From contig OX597814.1 in assembly GCA_951406725.2 (NCBI GenBank), positions 101,990,001 to 102,054,000 on the forward strand: a DNA stretch of 64,000 bases, written 5' to 3'. The DNA comes from Octopus vulgaris (lineage: Eukaryota). Made by a program: the position numbers and the translations under genes. Positions 1 to 14,157 of the stretch are shown in pieces. Below the pieces are notes generated by a model. It had not been told where the DNA came from. It saw only the letters and a program-made list of their open reading frames with translations, and ran no database searches. The stretch's first letter is position 1; every line of letters begins with the position of its first letter.

Positions 1-1100
1 ACACCTACCCACATCTTTTTGTGAACGTCAAAGCACAAGATAAATATTTATACTAACAACACAATGACATACCTGACTAATAACCCCTATCTTCCAATAA
101 AAACAGAAAATACTCTGAATACCTACAAGTAAAGAAACTGACCAACTAAAACATGTCAGTTACTTGCATAAAAAATTCATATACAAAAAGAGTTGGCACA
201 CCTAATTACTAAGTTTTTAGATACTGATGTTTGTACCTTTAAACTTTACATTGTCAAAGCTAAGGATTTAATCCAATAAAATCAAAATGACTAAAACTAA
301 CTGGTACAGCCTATAACTACTGACCAAAAGGGACACACGTAAATATGCATAACTGCCTACAAGGTTCTACTTACATGAATAAATTCTAAACAGTAATATA
401 TCCCCAAATTTAATCAATAAAGATTTCTCCAAAACAGCACTCCATAACAACACATCCTAAAACGTAATTACTACTCCACTCAAACCCACACTCCCACAGA
501 AAATGTGAAACCAAGATTAATGCATTGCAGTTTGACAATGGTTTAACTGGTTGAAACTGCAAAGTCACTGTCAATAATATTCTTGTTTATGATTGGATTA
601 TCTACATTTCAAGCCAAAGAATGTGATGTACAGTATATCTTAATCTGAGAAATAACTTATATGTTGCCAACATACTTCACTGTATTTAAGTATTTATGTA
701 TCTGTCATATATAAATATATATATATATATCTCAATAATACAGTGATTGTTTCTTATCAGGAACAAAATGTTTAATAGGACTGCTATAGAAGTGCTCAAT
801 TGGATGAGACAAATATATCAAACTAAGGTTACAGAACAAACAAATGCAAGGTCATCCACATAACATTTCATATCTCGAACATTTAATCATAGAATATTCA
901 TTTATAACATCACGGAAGATGAAACATAACTCATCTGTACAAGCATATAAGAAAGTACGAGAAAAATGTGTGAATACAGTTCATCACGGTTAAAAGTTAA
1001 TACTTTAGCGATTAAGAAATATATATTTTTTAAAAAACATTACAACACCTAGAAAATAAATACGTAAAAATATAGTATAAATTAATATATAAATGTATAT

Positions 1101-1143
<43 letters not shown>

Positions 1144-1266
1144 AAGCATATAAATAAGTAATATATGATATATAATGTAAAATAAAAGTTCATCGTTTAG
1201 AAAATCTTTTAAAAATTACTTTTCAAATAAAGGAAACCTATAGTTAAAAATAGGTTTTGCAATGGT

Positions 1267-1539
1267 TTATAGGGACTTTTCAGGATTGTAATCAATGTTC
1301 TGTTGAACTTGTTGGATAAATTCAGGTGTTCTGATGACTTCAGAGCATTTAGAATGCTTTTTATACTTTGCTAGTGGTGATATGTTTCCACCTTTAGTCT
1401 CTAACTCTTTACAAACTTTGTAGATGAAAGATCTGGCAACTTTTAAAAATCGAGATGTTTCTAAATCATTATGCTCAGCCTTTATAACCGCAATAACAGC
1501 ATGCCTCTTCATTTCTTGAGTAAGCTGAGGGTCTGCCAT
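1267..1539 (-). mobile_element. Tc1/mariner-superfamily transposase N-terminal (HTH) fragment
   Basis: KRHAVIAVIKAEH..SRFLKVARSFIYKV..IRTPEFIQQVQQNIDYNPEKS resembles the paired-like HTH of maT/mariner transposases. Confidence 0.65.
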
Positions 1540-1959
1540 TATTATTTTCTGAAAGAGAAATTATACAATGAATCCACTGGTGTATTACCTATATTTAATT
1601 ATGAGTGTTGATATTGATGCTCATAAATGGTAAGTAATCACAAAAATAAATTAAAGTTCATCAATATTCAAGGGAAGCAGAAAATGGAGATATGATTGAT
1701 GAATAACAATTGATTTATGCTGTGGGACTGAACCTGGGAACCATGTGGTTAGTATCTATCTATACATATATATATAGTTGGAATTTGCAAAAAACAAAAG
1801 ATGAAGATAGGTGTGTAAACAACAATCAGGTGAGAAAGTCTTTTACATTTCAAGCCTACGCTCTTCAACAGAAAGGAACACGAGAAAATAAACAGAGATA
1901 TCAGGAAACCATGGTGGTCCTCTGGAAGACATTGGTCCTCTGGAAGACATTTAAGCCGC

Positions 1960-2500
1960 TTGACTATTGCTCCCAGCTATGGTCACCAACCAGTGTATAA
2001 TTGATTGCAGAACTTGTGGTAATCCAACGAAGCTACACGAAGACGATAGCCTCTATGCAGCATATTTAGCTACTGGGAAAGAGTCAAGAGATCGAGACTA
2101 TTTTCTAGAGCTTAAGCAGGAAAGATATGCCATAATATACATCCGGAAGATCCTAGAGTGACTTGTCCCAAACTTTGGCATCGAGAGTTATACTAATGCT
2201 AGAAAAGGACGCCATTGCATAGTGCCAAAAACTCCAACTTTGCCATCAAGATATAGGAGAAGATATTGCAACAGCCTGGGCTTTAAAGGCCCTTATCTCT
2301 TCAATATCCTCCCGGAGGACCTGAGAGATCTACATGAGGTAATGTAAGTGCCTTCAAAGTGAAACTAGACCTCTTACTGTCAAGTGTCTCAGATGAACCA
2401 ACTTCACGGCAGGAAGTGCAGGTGAGAGAAGCAGCGTCAAACTCCCTCATGCACCAAACGTCAATTTCTAAAAAGAATTAGTGAAGTAAAATTACGTGGC
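1960..2500 (+). mobile_element. CR1/L2-type LINE 3' fragment
   Basis: ERYAIIYIRKILE*LVPNFGI..GRHCIVPK..NSLGFKGPYLFNILPEDLR..FKVKLD: degenerate ORF2 C-terminus. Confidence 0.7.
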
Positions 2501-2595
2501 AACACCAAATGGCGGTGCTCCAGCATGGCCACATCTCCTGAGCTGAACCTAGATAAAATCAAATCATTATATATATGTATATATATATATGTATG

Positions 2596-3145
2596 TATAT
2601 TATATTAAATTAGAGATAAAACCACTATTAGGCAAATCAAACAATGAAAAACATAAGCCAATACATAAAATTAATTAATTTATATTATTTTAAATATATC
2701 AAAAATATTAAAAGTTTAATAAAAGATAAAGAGTAAAACACTACGATCGTTTCATGGCTGTACAATTCGTAATAATTCGAGTTATGGTTACAGTCAATCT
2801 TCAGGTTAATTGAAATATTTATCTTAGCGATAAGATAAATATTTCAATTAACCTGAAGATTGACTGTAACCATAACTCGAATTATTACGAATTGTACAGC
2901 CATGAAACGATCGTAGTGTTTTACTCTTAATCTTTTATTAAACTTTTAATATTTTTGATATATTTAAAATAATGTAAATTAATTAATTTTATGTATTGGC
3001 TTATGTTTTTCATTGTTTGATTTGCCTAATAGTGGTTTTATCTCTAATTTAATATAATATAATATAATATTTTACTATAAAATTGGATTTAATCCTAAAT
3101 CTGATTTTTCCCTGTAAGTTTGGATTTATTCTCTAATATTTTATT
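2596..3145. mobile_element. Fold-back (inverted) Penelope-type terminal repeat with hammerhead-like motif
   Basis: 2596-2826 is the reverse complement of 2831-3061 (4-nt loop gcga); the right arm plus tail recurs at ~59760-60245; CTGAAGA..GAAAC-gatc-GTA at 2853-2915. Confidence 0.75.
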
Positions 3146-3224
3146 ATATATATATGTATATATATAATTATGTATATATATATATAATTATATATATATA
3201 TCGATGTATATATATATATGTGTG

Positions 3225-3255
<31 letters not shown>

Positions 3256-3694
3256 CTGTGTATATATATATATATATATAAAAGACAGGATGTGTGTGTG
3301 TGCGCGCGCGCTGTGTACGTGAATGTAGTTTATACACATCCACAAATTAGCACACATGTCGCTCAAATTTTAGGAGGACATTCGTCACGATCCTAGCTGT
3401 ATTTTCGTCAAATTTCTTTCACCCGAGGCACCAGCGAATAGCTGTAAAAATCGATTTTCATCTATAACTTTTACCAATTTTCACGTCGGTGAAATCCGGC
3501 GTTTGCTAACATTAGTTAAGTCCCCTGCAATGGCGGCTATTATACAGAAAAAACAAAGATAAACTATTTCGTTTTTGGATTTAGTTTGCAAGATTCTTTA
3601 TGTGAGTTCGTGTTGTCTGAAAGAAATATATATATAAGCAATAATAAATCTCTGAACGAGATGTAAACAGTAAGCGCTCAACAACGTAAATTAT

Positions 3695-4107
3695 ACTAGC
3701 CATCTCAATAAGGCTAACCACTAGGGGTGGGTGTTACTGTAGCTCTTTAGCCCCAGGAGATCATCGTCTCCAGCTGGCCTTAGACACAATTTCTGTGCCC
3801 TTATGATATTTGCAAAGAGAGGTCATCCCCTCTTGTAAACCTAAATGAAAAACACTAAATAGATATTCGCAAACAGGTCTCTCCTCATCGAAAACCCGTG
3901 ATTACCGTGTGTTGACAAGAGACAATAATCTCGAAACTCCAGTCCACGCGTATCACTTAAGTTTACGAGAGGGGATGATCTCCCTTTGCAAATATCATAA
4001 GGGCACAGAAATTGTGTCTAAAGCCAGCTGGAGACGATGATCTCCTGGGGCTAAAAACCTACAGTAACACCCACCCCCAGTGGTTAGCCATATTGAGATG
4101 GCTAGTA
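3695..4107. mobile_element. Inverted-repeat element with degenerate hammerhead in the spacer
   Basis: Arms ~3695-3848 and ~3953-4107 are imperfect reverse complements; spacer has cgtgtg-TTGACAA-gaga..tctc-GAAAC-tcca-GTC-cacgcg. Confidence 0.65.
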
Positions 4108-4699
4108 ATATATATATAGTTTTAATTATACAGGAAAACAAAGATGAACCGCTCTGAAAGAAATGTATATACAGTATACATATAGTATATATTTAATTTT
4201 TCTATATATTTCATTTTAAATGAAATTTTGAATGTTAGATAATTAATGTTGGTTTATTCAATTAGAAAACAAAAACCTAATGACGATGTAATTAGCAATT
4301 AGCACATTTCGTTTCTTAATTTCTGTTTGTTTTAATATTTAAATTCTTTATTTGACTGTTATTTTCAGCCATAGCTTACTTATTTCTGTTTATGAAATTC
4401 TCTGTACGTACTTTTGCTTTCTTGGCGATCGAAGCAAATCGATGACTTCGTGCTATAGCCGTTTTTCTTCCTATGTGATTTAAAGCATTTTTTGTTATGT
4501 GGCATTTCAAAATTAGAAGCGAGTTCTGAACATGCTATTCAAGTTCGCTGAAACTTATCTCCTGCCGCTCAAAATTACAACTCAAATGGGATAAAGCGTA
4601 CACGCATCACAACCACATTTATTGTGTGTTTGTGTGTGCATGTGTGTGTAGACTTACAATATATCCTATTGTTAAGAAAATTTTACATAATCATTCAAT

Positions 4700-5066
4700 A
4701 AAACTCAAATGGGATAAAGAGTACACGCTTTATCCGCCTAAACAGTGCAACGGGACCTGCTTGGTAGTCAAGTCCCTGACGCCCCACTTTATTGAGGCCA
4801 CCATTGTTACGGGATGGGGGAAAATGTTTTCATTTCAAGGATGCACCTTTATCCCACGGGTTCAGACATACCATTTAACATCCGCAGATCGCCACGTCCA
4901 TCAACAAATCCCAAGGCTGAACACTATCGTTGGCGGTCATCCATTTGGGGGAGCCGTGCTTTCCACATGGGCAACTTTATGTGGCCTGCTCCCGTGTGAG
5001 GAGTAGAAACGCTCTTTTGTGTATGCTCAACAGGACAGAACACACAATGTTGTCTATAGCGAAGTA
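4700..5066 (+). mobile_element. Helitron Pif1-helicase C-terminal fragment
   Basis: PPKQCNGTCLVVKSL..IEATIVTG, GENVFISR, INKSQG*TL, PCFPHGQLYVACSRV, THNVVY across frameshifts. Confidence 0.85.
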
Positions 5067-6200
5067 GAAAGAACAAGCCATCACTCTGATCTCAAATATC
5101 TTGACTTCAGTAAATTGTTGGTGAGAGTCCACCTCAATAACCTCCTGTGAAAATTGTCAAATATTGGAACCCGTGGAAAACTGCCAGATTGGAATAACTA
5201 CTTCCTGGTGAACAAAATTCATGCCCAGAAAGAGTCACCAGTGGTGTCTCTCAGGGGACTGTTTTGGTCCCATTTCTGTTCATCGTCCATATAAACGACA
5301 TTTCAAACGTCATCGAACACAGCAAAGTAAACATATTTGCAGGTGAAACCAAGCTCCTGAAGATTATCAATGAATAACAAGACCGAACTGAACTCCAGAC
5401 GGATCTACATGCTGTAAGCCAACTGGCACACAAAAACAAAATGTAGTTAAATGAGGGAAGATCTGAACTGATGCATTTTGGAAAAAAGATTACGTTTAAC
5501 CAAACAGATTCTTTTCAAAAAGAGGAACCACTCACAATATCCTATAATATTTAGTGACTTTAGAGTGACTGTTGACAACAATCTCAGCTGGAGTGTCCAC
5601 ATCAATAATAAAGTTGATATAGTTCGCAGGACGAGCTACTGGATATTCAGAACTTTCTGGTCAGAGAGCAAGATGTCATCGTTCCTCTCTTCTCTTCTTT
5701 TTTAGGGCTACACCTAGAATCCTGCTACACATGTTGTCTTCCCACACAAAGCAAAACGTTGCAAGAATTGAGCCACCCTAGAAAGTTTACTAAAAAATCA
5801 AAGGCATGGCTGATTTTGATTATTGGGACCACTGTAAAACATTGGAACTTTATTTACCTCAACGCTGCTGCGAGCGCTACATTAGTTGCACAATGTAGAG
5901 AATACATCACCAGCTTACGACCTTAACATTAGATTCAGAATTTATCCAAGGCGGGGACCACGTGGTATATGCCTCCTACACTATTCAGGATCACAGCTCA
6001 TAAATTCACTGCAACACAATTTCTTTTCCTCGATAGGTCCTGCTCTATTTTAACATTATCCCAAAACAAATCAAAGAGGAAAAAGATACCATCACCTTCA
6101 AATGAATCCTGGACAGATTTCTTCAAAGAATAACAGATAAGCCACCTATACCTGGATACATCTCAGTCAACAACTCCTTACTTGAACGGGCAATGATAAC
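5067..6200 (+). mobile_element. CR1/L2-type LINE reverse transcriptase fragment
   Basis: YLDFSK, SGVSQGTVLVPFLFIVHINDI, FAGETKL (FADDTKL), DNNLSWSVHI; many stops. Confidence 0.8.
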
Positions 6201-6358
6201 ACAAAATCTAACCAACACATGACTAAACAGATCCTATTAAGTATTGCTATTAATTTAGACATGCTCTGGGCCAATCTTTGGCCGAAATATCTCTAAGTTA
6301 TCTGTCTATCTATTTATCTAGCTATCTATCAGTCTTTCTGTCTATTTGTCTGTTTGTT

Positions 6359-6391
<33 letters not shown>

Positions 6392-6454
6392 GCCTGTCTG
6401 TCTGAATGTCTGTCTGTCTGTATGTATGTATGTATGTATGTATGTATGTATGTA

Positions 6455-6499
<45 letters not shown>

Positions 6500-6889
6500 A
6501 TGTATGTATGTATATATGTATGTATGTATGCCTCATCTGTATTTAATCATTTATATTCTTCCTCTGAAGAAGGAGTTGGTTTCTTACAAACATACAAAGC
6601 TCCATCTTTGGAATGTTGATAACGAAAACGTCACATTTTAAACCTGAGAAAAGTCTTGTACAGTTTTACTGCTCCGTTTACAGATTGTATTTGCAACGTG
6701 CGAATCAGTTGGTTGATAACTTTTTCTGAAAAGCCAAGCTTATCTAGACTTACAGTTAGTTATCAGTATAAATATAAATTTGTATTCCGCATATAGAAGC
6801 TGGGGGTTTCGAAGCAGTTGTCCGTAGTTGCCTTGTTTCTCTTTGATTTTCAAAGAGATATTCACATCATCAGGACAGCTAACCTCTAT

Positions 6890-7880
6890 AACGGCACATA
6901 GTTTTTCTTGTTTGGTCCAAACAACAATACCCGGCCGGTTATACTTAGACTTGACAGGTGTTGTGATGGGTATCTTCCACTAGTATTCCTTGTGTTGATA
7001 TTTGTGTACGTATTCAATAACAGGTATTCTCTATATTTATTCCAAGACATTCTTTTTTTGCAACAATTTCATATCTCATAGAGAGGCTGTGCCTTGGTGA
7101 CATTTTTTGGACAGCCGCTAATCACATGTGTGGTGTCTTACACAAAAATATAACATTATTTACATTTAAGCTGATTCTTGGAACTCCAAAGGCCTCACTG
7201 TCTCTTTTGTTGATGAAGTATTTAGTAGTGATCTCCTGTTCTTGGATTGTAAATGAAGAGCCTTTGAAGTGGGATGTGATGTAGCATTCACGAGTCCAAG
7301 AGAGATTTCGTTTCATGTCAATGTTCCTATCTTCTTCAAGTAAACGAGAAACATACCCATACATAGTCTTTTTTCCTTGGTATGCTGAGCATTTCACCTC
7401 CAGGTCTTCTTTGAGGTATGTTAGTCCAGCTGATTTGGGGTTGCATGGGAGGTCATTAGGACTAGGAGCTCACTTCCAACACGTAGGATATTGTTTTCTT
7501 CACTTTTCAGCATGTAGTTAATGTATATATTTTTGTTGTAGTTGTTGTTTAGCAAATGCGGTCTGAGAGAGACTATACGACATTGAAAGAATCTCTGCAC
7601 TCAGCTTAAACCTCTACTTCTTTTGCGTCTTCTTAAGTAGAGCCTGTCGATATCACTATTTTTGTTTTGTGGAGGTTTCCAAATGAAATTAGAATCTTGA
7701 GGGTTAAACTGTCTATGGAGTGGATTTATACTACAGACCAGTCGAGTATCCCAAATACATTGTGAAACATTATCTTGTTGTAAAATCAGAGTTCAAACTG
7801 CATATTTTTCTTAGTCTGGTGTAATATTGCTGGGCGACTCCATCTTTATTCACAGTTCATTTATTGTTATGATATATTTT
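6890..7880 (-). mobile_element. R4/Dong-type non-LTR retrotransposon fragment
   Basis: MYGYVSRLLEEDRNIDMKRNLSW..TIQEQEITTKY, typical of the region before the CCHC/REL domain. Confidence 0.65.
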
Positions 7881-8006
7881 CATCAATACTGAGGTACATG
7901 TAGCATTTTTTGTGTGGGACAGGAGAGATAGTGAGACCATTGATGCGCAAGTGTTGCATCTGGAAAACTAATTTTCCTCGTTAACAAAATTATTACAGCG
8001 TCAACA

Positions 8007-8179
8007 ATACATACATGCATGCATACATACATACATACATACATACATACATACATACATACATGCATACATGCATACATACATACATACATACATACAT
8101 ACATACATACATGCATGCATACATACATACATACATACATACATACATACATACATACATACATACATACATACATACA

Positions 8180-8210
<31 letters not shown>
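8007..8210. repeat. (TACA)n microsatellite, representative of many (TA)n, (CA)n, (TACA)n, (TAGA)n and (TAA)n tracts
   Basis: Direct inspection; other tracts at e.g. 8797-9062, 13058-13168, 17362-17553, 25240-25530, 25836-26013, 29748-29960, 47047-47201. Confidence 0.98.
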
Positions 8211-8399
8211 GAAACGAGCTTAGTGCGAGTGAATATCTTCGTGCACTTTTGGGGTGCACAAAGCAATCACTCACTAGCCGTTGCTTTAATTATCCAGAAT
8301 TCTACTAGTCAGAAACAACAAGACGCAGACGTAAAAATATATATATACTACTTTATTCTCTTTCTTGGTAAACAATAACAATACTGGTGTTATCTGATG

Positions 8400-8790
8400 T
8401 CCTTGATTCTGGGCGCGCAAGGCTGAAAGTTAATAGATTGTAATATTTACAATCTTCAGCCCAAAAACGGAAAGGGGTCAAGATGGCGTCGAACAATGGA
8501 GACGATGTTGGTCTGCAACAATTTGGTAAGGACTGCTAGAAGCTAGTTCCAACGGAGAGAAAATATATCGCGTGACGTCGCCTTCAATCGCTGGGTCCCA
8601 AGTCGTCGATGACTGCTGCTAGTGGTCAAACGTTCTACGACCCCTTGCCTCGCTAACTGCTACGTAGGCAATAGGGTTCTTCTTCCGGTGCTTCGCGCAT
8701 GCGCGAGAGGGCCCTTCCTCTCACTTGGTGAAGGCACCAACACGCGCGAAATACAAATGGACAGTGCGCGAGCGCGCGCCGTTGTAGGAT
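8400..8790. promoter_or_regulatory. CpG-rich island with promoter-type motifs and candidate first exon
   Basis: Dense CpG in AT-rich context; AAGATGGCG (8480), TGACGTC (~8573), CTTCCGG (~8682), palindrome TCGCGCATGCGCGA (~8693); ATG 8483 to GTAAG donor at 8526. Confidence 0.45.
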
Positions 8791-8931
8791 CACTACACAT
8801 ACATACATACATATATACATGCATACATACATACATATATACATGCATACATGCATACATACATACATGCATACATACATGCATGCATACATACATACAT
8901 ACATACATACATGCATACATGCATACATACA

Positions 8932-8965
<34 letters not shown>

Positions 8966-9031
8966 CATGCATACATGCATGCATACATACATACATACAT
9001 ACATATATACATGCATACATGCATGCATACA

Positions 9032-9062
<31 letters not shown>

Positions 9063-9251
9063 GTTAAAATACATATACGTGTACATATACGAGCGTATAT
9101 ACATATATGTGGGTGCGATTTTTTTTTTTTTTTTTGCGTGGGTGTGAGTCTTTTATTCTGTATGTACGTGCAAACGGACGGACGGATAACTGAATCGATG
9201 AATGGATTGATTGATTGATTGATAGATTGAAAGAACTGTATGCGTGTAAAT

Positions 9252-9291
<40 letters not shown>

Positions 9292-9360
9292 ACACAGACA
9301 AGTCTATCCTGAATATGTGTGCACGTAGAAATAATGAATTGTGTTCATATATATATTACT

Positions 9361-9580
9361 CTCTTTTCTCTTTTACTTGTTTCAGTCATTTGACTGCGGC
9401 CATGCTGGAGCACCGCCTTTAATCGAGCAACTCGACCCCGGGACTTATTCTTTTGTGAGCCCAGTACTTATTCTATCGGTCTCTTTTGCCGAACCACTAA
9501 GTAACGGGGACATAAACACACCAGCATCGGTTGTCAAGCAATGCTAGGGGGACAAACACAGACACACAAACACACACACA

Positions 9581-9621
<41 letters not shown>

Positions 9622-9779
9622 GACGGGCTTCTTTCAGTTTCCGTCTACCAAATCCACTCACAAGGCTTTGATCGGCCCGAGGCTATAGTGGAAGACACTT
9701 GCCCAAGGTGCCACGCAGTGGGACTGTACCCGGTACCATGTGGTTGGTAAACAAGCTACTTACCATACAACCACTCCTA
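9361..9779 (-). mobile_element. tRNA-derived SINE family 1, full length
   Basis: Matches repeated consensus ggagtggctgtgtggtaag..gggttcagtccc..microsatellite..ctccagcatggccgcagtcaaatgactgaaac. Confidence 0.9.
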
Positions 9780-10109
9780 TATTTCATATATGTATATTAT
9801 TTTCATACATATATTTTCTATTTCAATGTTATTTCTAGCAATGTTTACGAAACACGATATCTACAATATAAAGTTAAATACACTTAAATACAGTTAAGTG
9901 TCCACTTCAACGAATATTTTAGATATTAAGTAATTTATGCTCCAGGGAAAGTGTTAACAGGAACAACAACTAGCAAGACAAAAATATTATGAAAAACAAA
10001 AGCCAGACAATGTCATTGTTTATTGTTTATTTTAAACCTTAGATAAGGAAAAGTGTTTCAACAACAGGAATTATGACACAAGAATGGGCAATCCTACTTT
10101 CCAATATAT

Positions 10110-10488
10110 AGGAGTGGTTGTATGGTAAGTAGCTTGATTACCAACCACATGGTTCCGGGTTCAGTCCCATAACGTGGAACCTTGGGCAAGTGTCTTCTAC
10201 TACAGCTTCGGGGCCGACCAAAACCTTGTGACTGGATTTGGTAGACGGAAACTGAAAGAAGCCTGTAGTATATATAACATATATATGTGTGTGTTTGTGT
10301 GTCTGTGTTTGTCCCCCACCATCGCTTGATAACCGATGTTGGAGTGTTTACGTCCCCATAACTTAGTGGTTCGGCAAAGCAGACCAGTAGAATAAGTACT
10401 AAGCTTACGAAGAATAAGTCCTGGGCTCGATTTGTTCGACTAAAAGGCGGTGGTCTAGCATGGCCGCAGTCAAATGACTGAAACAGAT
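10110..10488 (+). mobile_element. tRNA-derived SINE family 1
   Basis: Same consensus with A/B-box-like head. Confidence 0.9.
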
Positions 10489-10592
10489 ACAAAAATATAT
10501 ATGTATGTGTGTGTGTATGTGTGTGCGCGCGAGTGTGTATAAATATATATATATATATATACACACACACATGCATACATACGTATATGTAC

Positions 10593-10715
<123 letters not shown>

Positions 10716-10716
10716 C

Positions 10717-11640
<924 letters not shown>

Positions 11641-11844
11641 AAAAGAATATATATCTATATGTGTGTGGTGTGGTGTGTTTTGAAAAATAAAGTCAGGTTT
11701 CTTTTAATTTTGCATGAACAAACGTTAGTATGATATTTACAAATTAGTAAAAATAAGACCCACCGTTATAGAGATGAGTATCATGTTTATAATATCATGT
11801 CAGTAGCTATACAATGGTAAAAAAAATTAAATAAATAAATCTCT

Positions 11845-12255
11845 TCTACTTGTTTTAGTCATTTGCCTGTGGCCATGCTGGAGCACCGCTTTTAGTCGAG
11901 CAAATCGACCCCAGGACTTATTCTTTGTAAACCCAGTACTTATTCTATCCGTTTCTTTTGCCGAACCGCTAAGTTACGGGGTTGCCAACACACCAGCATC
12001 GGTTGTCAAGCGATGTTGGGGGGGGGAAACACAGACACACAAACATACACACACACACACACACATACACATATATATATATACATATATACGACGGGCT
12101 GCTTCCAGTTTCCGTCTAGCAAATCCACTCACAAGGCTTCGGTCGGCCTGAGGCTATAGTAGAAGACACTTGCCCAAGGTGCCACGCAGTGGGACTGAAC
12201 CCAGAACCATGTTGTTGGTAAGCAAGCTACGTACCACACAGCCACCTCTACGCCT
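11845..12255 (-). mobile_element. tRNA-derived SINE family 1
   Basis: Same consensus, reverse orientation. Confidence 0.9.
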
Positions 12256-12674
12256 ATAAATGGTAAAAAAATATTCCAAATTGAAAAGAAATCCCTCCTC
12301 CTCCTTTTCTCTACCTATTCGTCTGTCTATTTATCAATCTATCTATTTATCTATCTATTTGTCTGTCTGTTTGTCTATCTATTACCTATCTATCTACTTA
12401 TTTATCTCCATTGTCCTGGAACCTCACCTAAAAGAACAAAAAATAAAAAAAAACAATGTTCTCTTCCAAAAAACAAGAAAAAAATCACTTGATTTGTATA
12501 AATGAAGAACCTGTTTGCACATTCACTATTTTATTTGACAAGTTCGAAAACGAACGAAAGGGCTAATAATGACTAAATAAAAAATCCTTTTTCTAAAATT
12601 CTATCGTCCTCTTCTTCTCAATATTCAATATCTGTACACCAATTCTAACACACACACACACACATACTCTCTCT

Positions 12675-12737
<63 letters not shown>

Positions 12738-12772
12738 GGTATGAGTAAGTATTTCACTTATATCTCGCGTAT

Positions 12773-12833
12773 TTGCCGCTGAAGAGGGGAAACTTTCTTA
12801 CGAATTAACCCCGAAATTGGACCAATACGGTAA
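12773..12833 (+). ncRNA. Minimal type I hammerhead ribozyme motif (Penelope-type end)
   Basis: ttgccg-CTGAAGA-gggg..cccc-GAAA-ttgg-a-ccaa-TA-cggtaa: complete core, paired stems I and II, palindromic stem III. Confidence 0.75.
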
Positions 12834-13055
12834 TAACGAATTTTTTAGAGATTTCTATCGGTTTGTTTCGAAATGCATAAATTATAATGGTTTATTGACA
12901 ATTATTGTCTTTTTTTTTCGGCATATTTGGCATTAGAATTTTTATTTTGCCCCTATCTTGTAAATTATTTATAAATTTAACCTTTAAAGGTATTTTTTGA
13001 TATGCTGACCATTGATAAAAAAATTTTTCCCGAAAAATATTTTATCCTACATTAG

Positions 13056-13172
<117 letters not shown>

Positions 13173-13620
13173 TATATACATACATATATGTACGTACTTA
13201 CATATATATGTAAATATATAATTTATACACATACACTCACACACACACACATATGAATACATACATATTTATGTGTTTGAGTGTGCATGTCACATTTTCC
13301 GTTTGTTGTCTTTTTATTTAATCCTGAAAATATTATTTATGTAACGCACGCACTCATGAATTTTTTACCTATACATATCTATATATATTTCGTTTTTGTG
13401 TTAGGTTTGCAAGATTCTTTATTTGAGTTCGTGTGTTGAAGCATATTCTGTTGTGTCTGGGTAGAGCCATTTTCTTTTTGTGCCTTATAATGTAACACAC
13501 TCACCGGTAAGATTTCCACTTATTTCTTATTTTTATTTTCCTAAAATTTTCGTTGCGTCTTGCAAACTATTCAATAGTCTTGACTCAACCGTGAGTCCGC
13601 TGCTCTAACCACTGTATCTA

Positions 13621-13723
<103 letters not shown>

Positions 13724-13781
13724 CAAGAGAAAAGGAAGACGGAGGGGAAAAAACACCAACTATCCACACACATATATATGA

Positions 13782-13891
<110 letters not shown>

Positions 13892-13892
13892 T

Positions 13893-13924
<32 letters not shown>

Positions 13925-13966
13925 TAGATAGATAGATAGATAGAAAGCTATACATACATACATACA

Positions 13967-13998
<32 letters not shown>

Positions 13999-14105
13999 CG
14001 CACACGCACATATATGCATGCGTATACAATAAAAAATATACAATAGTGTAAGTGCGCGTGAGTTTTTGTACGTGCATAAGTGCGTGAGAGAGAGAGAGAG
14101 GGAGG

Positions 14106-14157
<52 letters not shown>

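Noticed and set aside
6560-6640. CTGAAGA-aggag..ctcc possible hammerhead
   Set aside because: No GAAA directly after the stem and no stem I partner
7883-9301. Many long ORFs of type MYVCMYVC / HTYIHTYI / IYIYIY (also at 10-14 kb, 17 kb, 25 kb, 47 kb, 52 kb, 58-61 kb)
   Set aside because: Translations of stop-free microsatellites, not genes
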